Of a stretch of DNA of 64,000 nucleotides, positions 33,130-43,700 are shown in pieces. The stretch comes from a virus (Duplodnaviria; Caudoviricetes). The stretch's first letter is position 1. Each line of letters opens with the position of its first letter. The notes under the pieces were generated by a model, which searched no databases, had not been told where the DNA came from, and saw nothing but the letters and a program-made list of their open reading frames with translations. A program made the translations under genes and the position numbers. The stretch lies in IMG/VR virus record IMGVR_UViG_3300047382_000771, positions 1-64,000 of that record. One strand, written 5' to 3'.

Positions 33130-36100
33130 CTAAGCGGAAACTCGATAATGCTGGTAAATTGTCGTTTCGGGATTACCCGCAGCCATAGCTGAAAAAGGGT
33201 ATGGGTAGCAAGTTAAAATATTAGAGCCTACACCTCTTTGGTAGGTATTCCAATAACTGTCATTTGTCATATATAAAGCCATAGACTTACTTGGCCCTTC
33301 ACCTTCTCTTTTAAACCAAGCAGAGAAGCCCCAGCTACCTCCTACATGCAAGTCACTCATGTCACTAGGAAATGCTAATTGCGTTCTGAATTTAGTAGTG
33401 CTTGTGGTTGAACCATATAGCGGATCGGCACCTCTGCCATAATTAGTTAACCCATTTAATTCATCCCAAACTTGTGTTTTTGTATAATCATTAGGCCCAG
33501 GGTTATGAAGGTTCATATCGCTTTGAAATGGGTGGTAGCCAGAACTACTAACTTTACCTGTACCAACTTGAAAAACTTTTTGATTGTTATGACGCCCGCT
33601 ATTTGGACCAGAAACTCTTAATGTAAAACCACTAGGAGCTCCTACAATATTACCCGATGGGTTTAGTTCATTTTTGTAACCATAAGTTCCAACTGCAGCA
33701 CCACTTGGGATATTGAAACCTGAAAAAGCGCCAGTAAATTCAGCCTTATATTTTACTTTGTTTAATAAACCTGAACTCCAGCCAGTAGATATTAGACCGT
33801 TCGAGCCATTGTACATTTCGTCAACATCATTTTGGAAAATTGGCGAATCAAAGAAAACGGGTTGATCGATAACACCATTAAAGCAATTATCAATAGACCA
33901 AGAAGAATGTTGAGAGGCTCCTACTCCCCATCTCACGGCCCCAAAGCGAGAAGCATCGTAACTATACCTAGGCGAATAAGTATTGGTCTGTGAGCCCGAT
34001 CCTTTGTGCCAACTAGTATGAACAGCTACAGGGAGCCCGTTAACCCACATTACAACTCTTCTGTCATCTTGTGAGAATGCAATATGATACCATTCCCCAG
34101 TTATGAATTGCTCATAAGGACCTGTGCCAACTGATTTGACGGTACCTGGCCTATAACTATAAGCACTAGATGTAATTACACCGTCAGTATAAGTATCTTC
34201 ATCGGTATCACCTGTATTGGTTGTGACAGCCTGTAACGAGGTACTGTTTGAAACACTAGAAGTGGGAGGCTCCGTTAACCCAGTCTCTTCCCAAGTTGTA
34301 GTTGCTCCTGCAGGTATGCCTGAAACTCCACATCCATCAGCGGTAAATGCAAATACTTCACCATAACCAATACTTACTCCAGCTGAATGGCTGGTTATGG
34401 TAGCATTGCCACTAGCATCAGCGGTATGGTTAGAAGTTGTTGACAATATTGGGTAATTAGTTGTATCTTGACCAGTATTGTACTCTATGATAGCTTCTGA
34501 AGTTCCAGCAAGTATAGAGCTATTTACATCAAGTCCAGAAAATAATGGATGCCAACCTTGGGGAATGTATGTTTGATCAGCTAGCATACTGCTTATTTTA
34601 TAAGCAGGATCAGAACCAGTTCTAGTAAAGTTTCCTGTCGCAAATATTCCATAGTAAGATAAAATTTGGTTGATAGCTACAGGAAAAACAGGAGCATGGT
34701 CGGTAGTCATATATGACCCACCTCCACCATCTATGAAGTTTAAGAATCCATCAATAAATGCTTGTGGTAGATATGCTATAGAGGAACTATGTCCATTAGT
34801 CTCACCATTAACACCTACATAAATAATTAAATCATAATTGTTGAAATAATCTGTCCACTGTTGAGTGGTGCTGTGTAAATTCTCAATAGCATCGTGATGC
34901 AGCCATGTATTTCCTGCGCCTGTATTAACGGGGAGTTGCTCAAAAGTATAGCCAGCATGTTCAGATATATACTTAAATCCATGATAAAATTTATGAGCAC
35001 CATAATATGGAAAAGGTGAAGACCCTGATATACCATTTTTATAGTCGTTGATATATAAAATTTTATTGGTTTTATTTGTGCTTCTTGATAAAAAATTTAT
35101 ATTATTATATAAAAAAGACCATTGAGCTGGTATGTTTGAGGAATCATAAATACTGCCACCTCCTGCTAGAAATGATTCTTCTGTGGTGGTCCATTGGGGA
35201 TCGCCACCTATATTAATTCCTGCAGAATGTGATGACCAACTAGTGCCATCACCATAAGTTGGAACAATAGCTGGAGGAAGGTAACCTACATATTTTAACA
35301 TGCCACCATCAACTGTAATTTTTCCCCCATTTGGTGCGGCAGATCTAATTATGCCTAAGAAGGGATCCCCCTGTTCGTCGTCAGCTAAAGTAGAAAAAGA
35401 TCCTCTGATTCCACTAGAAGTAGCATATTCAGAAATAGTTATTAAAGAATTTGGCCTTGCACCAGTTACTGTAACTGTTTGAGTTGAGTCTCCGTCGTCT
35501 GCTATAGAAATAGATGCCGAAGAACAAGGGTCCGTAATAATAGCCCCCGAACTACCAGCTGAACCTACCGATGTATCAAGCAAGCCTGTAATTCTTAACC
35601 TAGCATAATATGTAGTATCTGGACTAAGGTCGGAAAATGCTACAGAAGCTAGAAGTGTTGGGGATGAAATTGTTTTAGCTATACTTGAAAAGTTTGAATC
35701 TGTCGCCAGCTCATAGTGAAAAGTCGAAAATCCTGCAGCAGGCATGGTTTGCCCAGTAGTTTCAGCAAAATCAAAACCCAAATCATTTTGACCAACAAAA
35801 TTAGATGTAGCTGTAGTGGTTGCTGCAAGCGGATTAAATGCAACAGCAGTTACATTAGAATATGGACTGTCTCCGTACTGAGAGCTGTCAGCTTTTACTC
35901 TATAATAATAAGTGGTTCCCGCAGTTAAATTTGCGGCTGCAGTGTTATAATTATTAGTATAAGATGTACTGTTTGCTGCAAGATGAGCTATATTGGAAAA
36001 CCCTGCGGTACTAGAGGTAGAACTTCTTTCAACCGTAAAACTATCTTCAATAAGAGTATTATCTTGGAATGAAATTTGTATCGATGTGTTTACTTGGCTT

Positions 36101-38166
36101 GCAGAGATAACTTGAGGAGCATTCATGCCAGCTTGAGTAGTAGCAGAAACAGCGGTAGACCAACTACTTACACCGCTGGTATTTTTAGCTCTTATTCTCC
36201 ATTGGTATGTGGTTGCTTGAGTTAAACCGATGTGTGAATATGTAGCAGAAGTTTGAGGCGAAGTAAGTGAGTTTGTAGCTGATGCGTAAGTATTACCTCC
36301 GTCAGAGCTAAATTCTAATTCAAAACTATCTTCATTTGTATTAGTGTCTGTAAAACTAATATCTACCTGTTCATGAGAAACTACGGTCGCCGATGTTATC
36401 GTAGGAGCGGTAAGATCGTCTAGAGTCGTAACAGTTACAGTGGTAAAACTAGATGTTGCGTCCGAATTATAGCCTCTAATCTGATAATGATAGGTATAAT
36501 TAGCAGTTAAATTGGTATCTGAGAAACTAGTTGTATTCGCAGCAAGATCAGCAAGAGGTCCATATGCCCCATTACCTGTTGCTCTTTGTAGGGTGAATCC
36601 ATCTTCATTGTTCGATGTATCAGTCCAAGAGAGTGAAATTGTTGTGTTTGATGTTGGCACTGCAGTTAAATTACTGGGTGCAGAAAGTGAGTTTGTTGTT
36701 GTGGCGCTATCCGTAGCTGTATTTGAGTCACCAGAAGTGTTGAAGCTACGAACTTGGTAGTGGTAGGTTGTATTAAATGTTAACCCAGTGTCAGTATAAG
36801 TTGTGGCACCTGAATTTAAGGTGTCTATGTCAGTATAATTTATTCCGTCCGTACTTCTCGCAATTTTAAAACCGTCTTCATTGTCCGATGTATCAGTCCA
36901 AGACAGTGAAATTGTTGAGTTTGATGCCGCAGTAGCACTGAAACCAGTAATGTCTGACAAAGTGTCCGTGGTAGTAAAGGAGCCACTGAGAGCTGAAGAA
37001 CTGCCTGATGAATTTGTAGCTATAACCTGAAAAGAATAACTATTATCTGTCACTAAGGATCCCCAGGTATAACTAGTCGTTCCTGCTGGCAGATTTACGG
37101 ACCCAATAGACTGCATACTGTTATCTGCATCAAAGCCGTTGATAGTAAACCCATCTTCATTGATAGAGTTATCAGTCCACTGCAACCCTATACTAGTATT
37201 TGTAATGCTTGTAGTAACCAAGTTTGTTGGTGCAGAGAGTGAGTTTGTTGTTGTGGCGCTACCATCGACTGTATTTGAGTCGCCAGAAGTGTTGTAGCCA
37301 CGAACTTGATAATGATAAGTAGTATTGAATGTTAAACCAGTGTCAGTATAAGTTACAACATCTGGACCTACAGTATCTATGTCGGTATAATTTATCCCAT
37401 CTGTGCTTCTTGCAATTTTAAAACCATCTTCGTTAACGGTATTATCTTGCCAATTTAACTCAATAACAGAGTTGCTAATAGGTGTAACAGTTAAACCGCT
37501 TGGACTAAGTAAATCATTAGTTGTAGTAGCACCAAGTACAGCTGGAGCACTTGTGTCATCAGTATTATATCCAATGATTCTATAATGATATGTCGTATCA
37601 TATGTTAACCCTACATCATTGTAGCTAGTAGCATCACTAGGTAGATCAGCTATTTCAGTAAAAGGTCCTGTAGCAGAAGTTGATCGTTCAATTTTGAATC
37701 CATCTTCGTTGTTAGAATTGTCTATCCATGCAAGAGATATACTGCTATTGGATGTACCTGTTGCTGACACTGGGGTTGGAGGCGCAACTAAATTAAGGGT
37801 TGTAATTGTAATTACATCAGAAAAATCACTAACTTGCCCAGCAGGATAATCACCTTTAATTCTATAATAATAGGTAGTGTTATGTGATAAAGCATTATCT
37901 ATAAGACTCTGTTGATTTGGTCCGACAGTTAATGTAGTAAGGTCAACGGTAAAAGCTGCATCTAAGGCTCTTTCAATAACAAATTGAAGCTCGATACCAG
38001 AGTCATCGGTCCAAGATAACTGAGTTTCAGTGTTGCTATTAGCTACTCCTGAAGGATTTTTCGCTGCAACACGAGTCCAAATAACTTGGGCTCCTTGAGC
38101 AATTTTTTCAGCTTTAATATTGCCAACAAAAGCTCGTGCTTGATTGTCTCCTAGTGCCCAGGTCAT
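33130..38166 (-). CDS. Giant fibre/spike protein: 8-9 FN3 repeats, GATase-like domain, LamG/ConA-like domain (1678 aa)
   Basis: Repeated AP-x-NL...I-x-L-x-W-x-D-x-S-x-NEDGF-x-I-x-R...TY-x-Y-x-V; YDLIIY...F-x2-GGG-x4-DH; WYHIAFS...WVNG...FNGVID. Confidence 0.85.
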   Translation of the reverse strand: MTWALGDNQARAFVGNIKAEKIAQGAQVIWTRVAAKNPSGVANSNTETQLSWTDDSGIELQFVIERALDAAFTVDLTTLTVGPNQQSLIDNALSHNTTYYYRIKGDYPAGQVSDFSDVITITTLNLVAPPTPVSATGTSNSSISLAWIDNSNNEDGFKIERSTSATGPFTEIADLPSDATSYNDVGLTYDTTYHYRIIGYNTDDTSAPAVLGATTTNDLLSPSGLTVTPISNSVIELNWQDNTVNEDGFKIARSTDGINYTDIDTVGPDVVTYTDTGLTFNTTYHYQVRGYNTSGDSNTVDGSATTTNSLSAPTNLVTTSITNTSIGLQWTDNSINEDGFTINGFDADNSMQSIGSVNLPAGTTSYTWGSLVTDNSYSFQVIATNSSGSSSALSGSFTTTDTLSDITGFSATAASNSTISLSWTDTSDNEDGFKIARSTDGINYTDIDTLNSGATTYTDTGLTFNTTYHYQVRSFNTSGDSNTATDSATTTNSLSAPSNLTAVPTSNTTISLSWTDTSNNEDGFTLQRATGNGAYGPLADLAANTTSFSDTNLTANYTYHYQIRGYNSDATSSFTTVTVTTLDDLTAPTITSATVVSHEQVDISFTDTNTNEDSFELEFSSDGGNTYASATNSLTSPQTSATYSHIGLTQATTYQWRIRAKNTSGVSSWSTAVSATTQAGMNAPQVISASQVNTSIQISFQDNTLIEDSFTVERSSTSSTAGFSNIAHLAANSTSYTNNYNTAAANLTAGTTYYYRVKADSSQYGDSPYSNVTAVAFNPLAATTTATSNFVGQNDLGFDFAETTGQTMPAAGFSTFHYELATDSNFSSIAKTISSPTLLASVAFSDLSPDTTYYARLRITGLLDTSVGSAGSSGAIITDPCSSASISIADDGDSTQTVTVTGARPNSLITISEYATSSGIRGSFSTLADDEQGDPFLGIIRSAAPNGGKITVDGGMLKYVGYLPPAIVPTYGDGTSWSSHSAGINIGGDPQWTTTEESFLAGGGSIYDSSNIPAQWSFLYNNINFLSRSTNKTNKILYINDYKNGISGSSPFPYYGAHKFYHGFKYISEHAGYTFEQLPVNTGAGNTWLHHDAIENLHSTTQQWTDYFNNYDLIIYVGVNGETNGHSSSIAYLPQAFIDGFLNFIDGGGGSYMTTDHAPVFPVAINQILSYYGIFATGNFTRTGSDPAYKISSMLADQTYIPQGWHPLFSGLDVNSSILAGTSEAIIEYNTGQDTTNYPILSTTSNHTADASGNATITSHSAGVSIGYGEVFAFTADGCGVSGIPAGATTTWEETGLTEPPTSSVSNSTSLQAVTTNTGDTDEDTYTDGVITSSAYSYRPGTVKSVGTGPYEQFITGEWYHIAFSQDDRRVVMWVNGLPVAVHTSWHKGSGSQTNTYSPRYSYDASRFGAVRWGVGASQHSSWSIDNCFNGVIDQPVFFDSPIFQNDVDEMYNGSNGLISTGWSSGLLNKVKYKAEFTGAFSGFNIPSGAAVGTYGYKNELNPSGNIVGAPSGFTLRVSGPNSGRHNNQKVFQVGTGKVSSSGYHPFQSDMNLHNPGPNDYTKTQVWDELNGLTNYGRGADPLYGSTTSTTKFRTQLAFPSDMSDLHVGGSWGFSAWFKREGEGPSKSMALYMTNDSYWNTYQRGVGSNILTCYPYPFSAMAAGNPETTIYQHYRVSA
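36602..36926. repeat. 52-bp direct repeat (36602-36653 and 36875-36926, 3 mismatches) between FN3 units
   Basis: Aligned by eye. Confidence 0.85.
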
Positions 38167-38167
38167 T

Positions 38168-38506
38168 TTAAATAATAATATAAAGTGTTAACGGATCTTT
38201 ATTCACAAGGTTATCGTAATCAGTTTGGCTAATCCTATACATACCAGTAACTTGACTACCAGCAGATGCAACATAATTCGAACTATTTAATAATTGATCA
38301 TTGGAAGTAGGTACTTGACTTACGAAAGCTAAGTCTTGACCTGCAAATTGCGGGTTAGAGCCTCCTCCAACTGTTATATCTTGATTAGATATTGTTATTT
38401 TATTATTAAAGACGGCATCTTTAAAAAATCCAGACCCCCAATTATTACCTGGGAGACCTAAAGATCCTTCACCGTCAGCGACTGGAATTATATTTTTAAT
38501 TGGCAT
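38168..38506 (-). CDS. Small fibre adaptor-like protein (112 aa)
   Basis: N-terminal KN-x-IP-x2-DG-x-G-x-LG...W; C-terminal ISQTDYDNL-x2-KD-x2-TLYII phage tail motif. Confidence 0.7.
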   Translation of the reverse strand: MPIKNIIPVADGEGSLGLPGNNWGSGFFKDAVFNNKITISNQDITVGGGSNPQFAGQDLAFVSQVPTSNDQLLNSSNYVASAGSQVTGMYRISQTDYDNLVNKDPLTLYIII

Positions 38507-38519
38507 GACAAATTTTTAT

Positions 38520-38900
38520 TTAATTAACTACTATGTAAAGTGTATTTGAATCCTTAGTTGGAAGAGCATCATAGTCTGTTTGTGTGATCTTTAAAACGTT
38601 TGTGATATTATCAGAAGCTACATACTCAGCGTGATTTTGGAGTTGGCTTATGTCCGTAGGAATGATTGATGCAAAAGCAATGTCGTCTTGTATAATGGGG
38701 GTAACTGGATCAGCCTCCAGAGAATAACTTAAGGTAGAGGCGGATGTAGAATAAAATTTACCATAGTTAGTGTCAAATGAATCCATAATTCTGAAAGAAT
38801 TTTCGAAATCACCATGGTTAAACATTCCAGAAGCCCATGCCCGATCTGGTAAACCTAAACTACTATCGCTACCATTGGGGGTTATGTTTTGAATACTCAT
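38520..38900 (-). CDS. Small fibre adaptor-like protein, paralogue (126 aa)
   Basis: QNITPNG...SLG...W; ITQTDYDALPTKDSNTLYIV. Confidence 0.7.
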   Translation of the reverse strand: MSIQNITPNGSDSSLGLPDRAWASGMFNHGDFENSFRIMDSFDTNYGKFYSTSASTLSYSLEADPVTPIIQDDIAFASIIPTDISQLQNHAEYVASDNITNVLKITQTDYDALPTKDSNTLYIVVN

Positions 38901-38926
38901 AATTTATTACATTATATAATACACTT
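38901..38926 (-). promoter_or_regulatory. GTGTA motif (putative late promoter)
   Basis: AAGTGTATTATATAAT; GTGTA at 38920-38924. Confidence 0.55.
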
Positions 38927-38934
38927 AAAAACTC

Positions 38935-40701
38935 TTAGGGATTCTTAAAAGTAATATTTTCTAAGTCTTCTATCTCGAACGCATCATCAAAGTTGACTGT
39001 ATCTGTAAAGGTATTAGCATTTAATTGTAATGTTTCTGGGTCATATTGTGAAAAATATTTTGACTTGAAACCATTGGTTGAACCAACGAAAGATTGTAGA
39101 GAAGCTGAATCACTATTTGTTGTAAAAAATGAATTACCACTCTCGGTTGAAGTTATTTCAGGCTTACAAAGTATCCAGCCAGGAGGTAATGTAAAGACAG
39201 TATCGAATGGTATAGTTGTGGTCTCTCCATTTGGACCTATAAGCACAACAGGGAACGGAAATGGTCCCATTGTAAGTGGTGTTGGGGGATTACTTGTATT
39301 TTTAACCAAAATGTATGGAGGTGTCATAAGCCCACCTATAGTAACCGAAGTTCCACTGTCAGTAACCAAGGGGTCTTGAGTAAATGGAACTGTGGTTCCT
39401 AGTGCATCAGGTATGCCATCCCCATCTGCGTCTAGAATTTCTCCAAAGAAAACAGTGTCAGTCGGCTCAACTGAAATCATTTTATCTTTTTGAAAAACTG
39501 TTAATCCTCCTGAAGTTGAAATAATAACACCAGAATTTTTTGAAAGTATACTGTATTTTCTTCCTAGCCCGTTGTATGAACCATTATCATGTGTGACAAA
39601 TAAACTTTTCACATTAATAGCAGTAACAATGTCATCCGTGCCGTCACCGTCAACATCAAAGGTGAAGTCGCCTACCGTGTATCCAGCTGGAATATCAACA
39701 GGATTAGGTAGTGAATCCGCATCACTATCAATTAAACTATCTCCAAAAAATACTGTGTCATTTGGTGCAAGTTCAATAGATTCACCCGCACTAAATATAA
39801 CCACTTCACAATTAGTAGTAATAATGATTCCATGTTTCTTAGCTGACAACGAGAATGTTGTTAAGCTAGAATTTGTAGATCCGCTGTCTACATTAGTTAA
39901 AAACAAAGATGGATTGACTCCAGTACATGTTGAAAAATCTCCAGCCCCAGGATAACCTGCATCTAAATCTACTCCGTCAGGTATACCATCTCCGTCAGCA
40001 TCGCTGAATGTACCAAAGAATACAACTGTAGATGGAGTGTAATCTATAATATCTCCTGCCGCAAAATAACCGATAGAGCCGTCTGGATTGATTGAAAAAC
40101 CTCCGTCCTTAGCTGTAATTTTTACAGAGGTAGTTGTGTCGTTTCTAGAGCCATCCCCATTTAGAGGAGAAAGCAATAAAGAGGGATCTATATTTCCCCC
40201 ATCAAAAGGACCTGAACCTGCATAGTTTACATTAGTATCAAAAGGATCTACTATGCCGTCGCCATCAGAATCAACATAGGTTCCGCAAAACATTGTAGCT
40301 TTGGGTGGGAAATCAAAAACATCTCCTGGTTGAAAGAAGTGTAAGCTGCCATCAGCCAAAATTAAAAGCCCTTCGCAATCTGAGGTTTTTATAGATGTGA
40401 CTGTACTATTGTTAACGAGACTTTTTCCAACTGGATTTAAATAATCATTCATTGGAATGATATATCCATCTGGGTTTGTGTAAGGCCCGCTGCCAGGATA
40501 GTCAGCTACAGTTTCAGGGTCAAATTCGTCAGGTATGCCATCAAAGTCAAGATCGTAACTGTCGATGGGTAGTTTTGCCATGAAGGGGTCGTAATAAACC
40601 CATCGCCCACCACGATAAACTCCTAATTTATTCTTGGGAACATTAAAATAATTACCTCCTTCATAAGGAACGCTGGGCCAGTCACTAACAATATAAATCA
40701 T
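38935..40701 (-). CDS. Structural protein with five DxDxDG-linked repeats (588 aa)
   Basis: DLDFDGIPD, DSDGDGIVD, DADGDGIPD, DSDADSLPN, DADGDGIPD, each followed by a beta-rich unit. Confidence 0.75.
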   Translation of the reverse strand: MIYIVSDWPSVPYEGGNYFNVPKNKLGVYRGGRWVYYDPFMAKLPIDSYDLDFDGIPDEFDPETVADYPGSGPYTNPDGYIIPMNDYLNPVGKSLVNNSTVTSIKTSDCEGLLILADGSLHFFQPGDVFDFPPKATMFCGTYVDSDGDGIVDPFDTNVNYAGSGPFDGGNIDPSLLLSPLNGDGSRNDTTTSVKITAKDGGFSINPDGSIGYFAAGDIIDYTPSTVVFFGTFSDADGDGIPDGVDLDAGYPGAGDFSTCTGVNPSLFLTNVDSGSTNSSLTTFSLSAKKHGIIITTNCEVVIFSAGESIELAPNDTVFFGDSLIDSDADSLPNPVDIPAGYTVGDFTFDVDGDGTDDIVTAINVKSLFVTHDNGSYNGLGRKYSILSKNSGVIISTSGGLTVFQKDKMISVEPTDTVFFGEILDADGDGIPDALGTTVPFTQDPLVTDSGTSVTIGGLMTPPYILVKNTSNPPTPLTMGPFPFPVVLIGPNGETTTIPFDTVFTLPPGWILCKPEITSTESGNSFFTTNSDSASLQSFVGSTNGFKSKYFSQYDPETLQLNANTFTDTVNFDDAFEIEDLENITFKNP

Positions 40702-40719
40702 TTTTTCTTATTTCTATAG

Positions 40720-40733
40720 GATTATTTACACTT
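40720..40733 (-). promoter_or_regulatory. GTGTA motif (putative late promoter)
   Basis: AAGTGTAAATAAT; GTGTA at 40727-40731. Confidence 0.55.
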
Positions 40734-40764
40734 TAAAAATTAACATCGGGAAACTAATGCTTCA

Positions 40765-43700
40765 TTAACTAGCCATTCCTATCAAAGGAGAAGTGGGGCG
40801 AAGCGAAAAATTGCCATTATCTGGACCAACAAATTTAGGATCAAAATCATAAATAATAATACCGTCTGGACCACTTAAATATTCAGTAATTAATGATCCC
40901 CTGTAAGGCTTGTCTGCTTCGTCAATACCAAAAGTACCTCTGACACCATAAATACAAGTATTATGTATTAAATAATTAGCAGTAGAGGTTGTTACTTTTA
41001 CATTTGATACAAATCCAAGATTGCTGCCATGGCCAGAACTGTTGTGACTATAAGACATTTTTTCATTTCCATAAAGAATGCAATTTTTCACTAAAACAGG
41101 ACCGTTAGGAGGGCCATGACTCCAGGCACCGACACCTCCACTACCAACGAGAAAGAGCGTATTCGATATGGGTGTATTTTTGCCAACATAAAAAGTGCAG
41201 CCAATTAAATTCATTCGATCAATAGCTACAAAGCCTGAAGAATTATTACCCCCCGTAGATGTTGACCCCCAAGTACAATCAATTGTACAGTTTTTAAGCT
41301 CCGAACCATCAGCAGCACTTCTGCAAGAACCTGCTGAAGACCCACCTATTGCTGCGCTCTTATTATTGGTTACGGTGCCTTGAAAATTACAGGATTCAAT
41401 TTTAAAAACAGAAAGACTTGTACTTGCCTCAATTGAAAGTAAGCTGTATGTGCCCCGTAGGTTTGTAAAATTAAAATTGTTTAGCCCAGTCTCTAGTGCC
41501 CCTGTGTCTGATAAGATAATCCCATAACCATTATTGCCATCAATATTACAATAAGAAGCAGGTTTATAATCTCTGCCTCCAGGCAAAGTCAGATTAGACG
41601 ATAAAGTTAATTCTTGATTGACGATATATATAGTGTCGCGATTAATGGATGCTGTATGAGCCGCCGCAACAGTTAGCATGGCTGTGGCTGGAGTCTTTCC
41701 ATCGTTAGCATCGTCACCATTAACCAAGTCAACATACCATCCTGATGCTGATTCGCTATAAGTTTGTATGCCCCCAATTAATTCAGAACTTGGACGAAGT
41801 CTATAGTCTGTTTCAGAAATAAAAGCGGGTATCTCTGTGCCGATAAAATCATCGCTAGATGGGGTTGATGAAAGGTTGACATTGTAGTAAAAATTTGAAC
41901 CGCCAGTAGGGGCCCTGTGCCATAAAGTAGTCGATCCAGTGCCTATATGTATAGTATTTTTAACAGAAAAATTTGTTGTACTGTTTAAACCTTGATTGGA
42001 GGTCCCATAGATATTTGCAGCAGAACGTTTGCAGATAAAAGTGCAGTTTTCGATAATTGCTTCTCTGAAAGTGTCTTGATTGTAGTCTCCACCAAAAACA
42101 AGAGCATTAGTTGATTTACCTGTTATGGTACTATTTTTGATCGTAGCAGAAGAACCCCCCAAGAACCAGCCTCTAGTTGTAGCACTGGAATTTATGCTGT
42201 CATCAGTTTGCTCAATATTGCAAGATCCAATATCTAAGTGCCCCCTCATATATATAAGCCCGTAACTAGTACTAAAACCATTATACCGAAGAGTTAAATT
42301 CTTTATAGAAAAAGAAGTACAGTCTGGACCATAAAAGAAAGCATTATAACTGGTTCCAGTAGCACCTGTCGAAAAAATTATAGTGTTTTTAGTATTTTCA
42401 CCTATGATTTTAAGGTCAGCAGCTAAGTCCGACTCTTGACGAGGCAGCGTGTGAGTTCCGTTTTTGACAAGCAATGTCCCTGATACGTGTAGTGAAGCAA
42501 GAAAATTATTGTGAGGATTATCATAACTACCAACACCACGAGTAACAACAATTTCATTACTCATATTTGGATGTGGAGCTTGACACTCATATCTATAGAC
42601 ACCTTCTCTAAGAGTGCTAAAAGTTAATATGCCACCACTTTCTTGAGCTATCAATGCACCACTAGAATCTTTAATACCGATAGGATGCCCGCCCGTATTG
42701 TTTGTGAAAATTAAAGTGTCCCCAGTTTTAACATCAAGTTTTGGATCTGTGCCTGTAGCATCACCACTAAATGTATAGTTGTTTCCATCTCCGCTATCTA
42801 GGGAATAGTTACGTGTGGCAAATGTAGGTGTATGATTAGAGTCATACCAAAATCCTTCAGGGTATTCTAGTGATAAAGAATCTTTTGGTTGGTATCCACC
42901 AATCAAGGGGGAAGTTGGGCGTAAAGAAAGATTACTTTCATCTGCGTTAATAAATTCTGGATTAGTTGTTATGCCTCCAGATAAATTATTATTTATAACT
43001 CCTCCTGTATCTGAATCGTTTTCCAAATAAAAACTATTTGTTCCTTCAGTTATAGTACCTAAACGGCTTAAGCTTTGAGTTGGGTGTCCGTCTTGTAAAT
43101 ATTTAATATGGAATATATTATTCTTGAGAGTTATATCTCCACAGTTATATATTAAGTTATATTGACTATTTTTAACTCTAATATAAAAAGTATTATTTTC
43201 AAAAACAGAACCACTACCACCAGAAAGGCTAAATAAGTAGGAAGGGCCCTTGTATTGATAGTCAAAAACACAACCCCTTATATAGCCACCATTCCAAGAG
43301 CCACTTAATGTACGAGTCCAAAGTCCACTTGATGGCTCTTGCTTGAGTGGGGATAATGTCCCCCAAGGCGTTTCTTGTGTGGATATGCAAGAGTCTAAAT
43401 TATGCTTAAACCCTGTGCCATAAGTACCAGGTATAACATTAGTTTGTACGCTGTTGTAAAAAACTACATCCTTCCATGTTACATTGCTTCCTGCCCAGTA
43501 TGCACAATTAACAATGATGTATGCCTTGTGCCTGTTTTTTGCTTGGATAGTACAATTATTTGGCCACCACATGGCATATGTTGAGTAGTCCCAAGTGTAT
43601 CTGCCATCTCCAAGAATGATGGTGCCGCCTGCGCCGTCTGCTTGGTAGATAGCATTGCCACCAATAGGATTATCTGGCGTCCATGTTCCTAGCTCTTCAG

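Noticed and set aside
33109-33132. TAG read-through of the giant FN3 gene to an in-frame TGA in the -35 box
   Set aside because: It would add only seven residues, and an in-frame match has a one-in-three chance.
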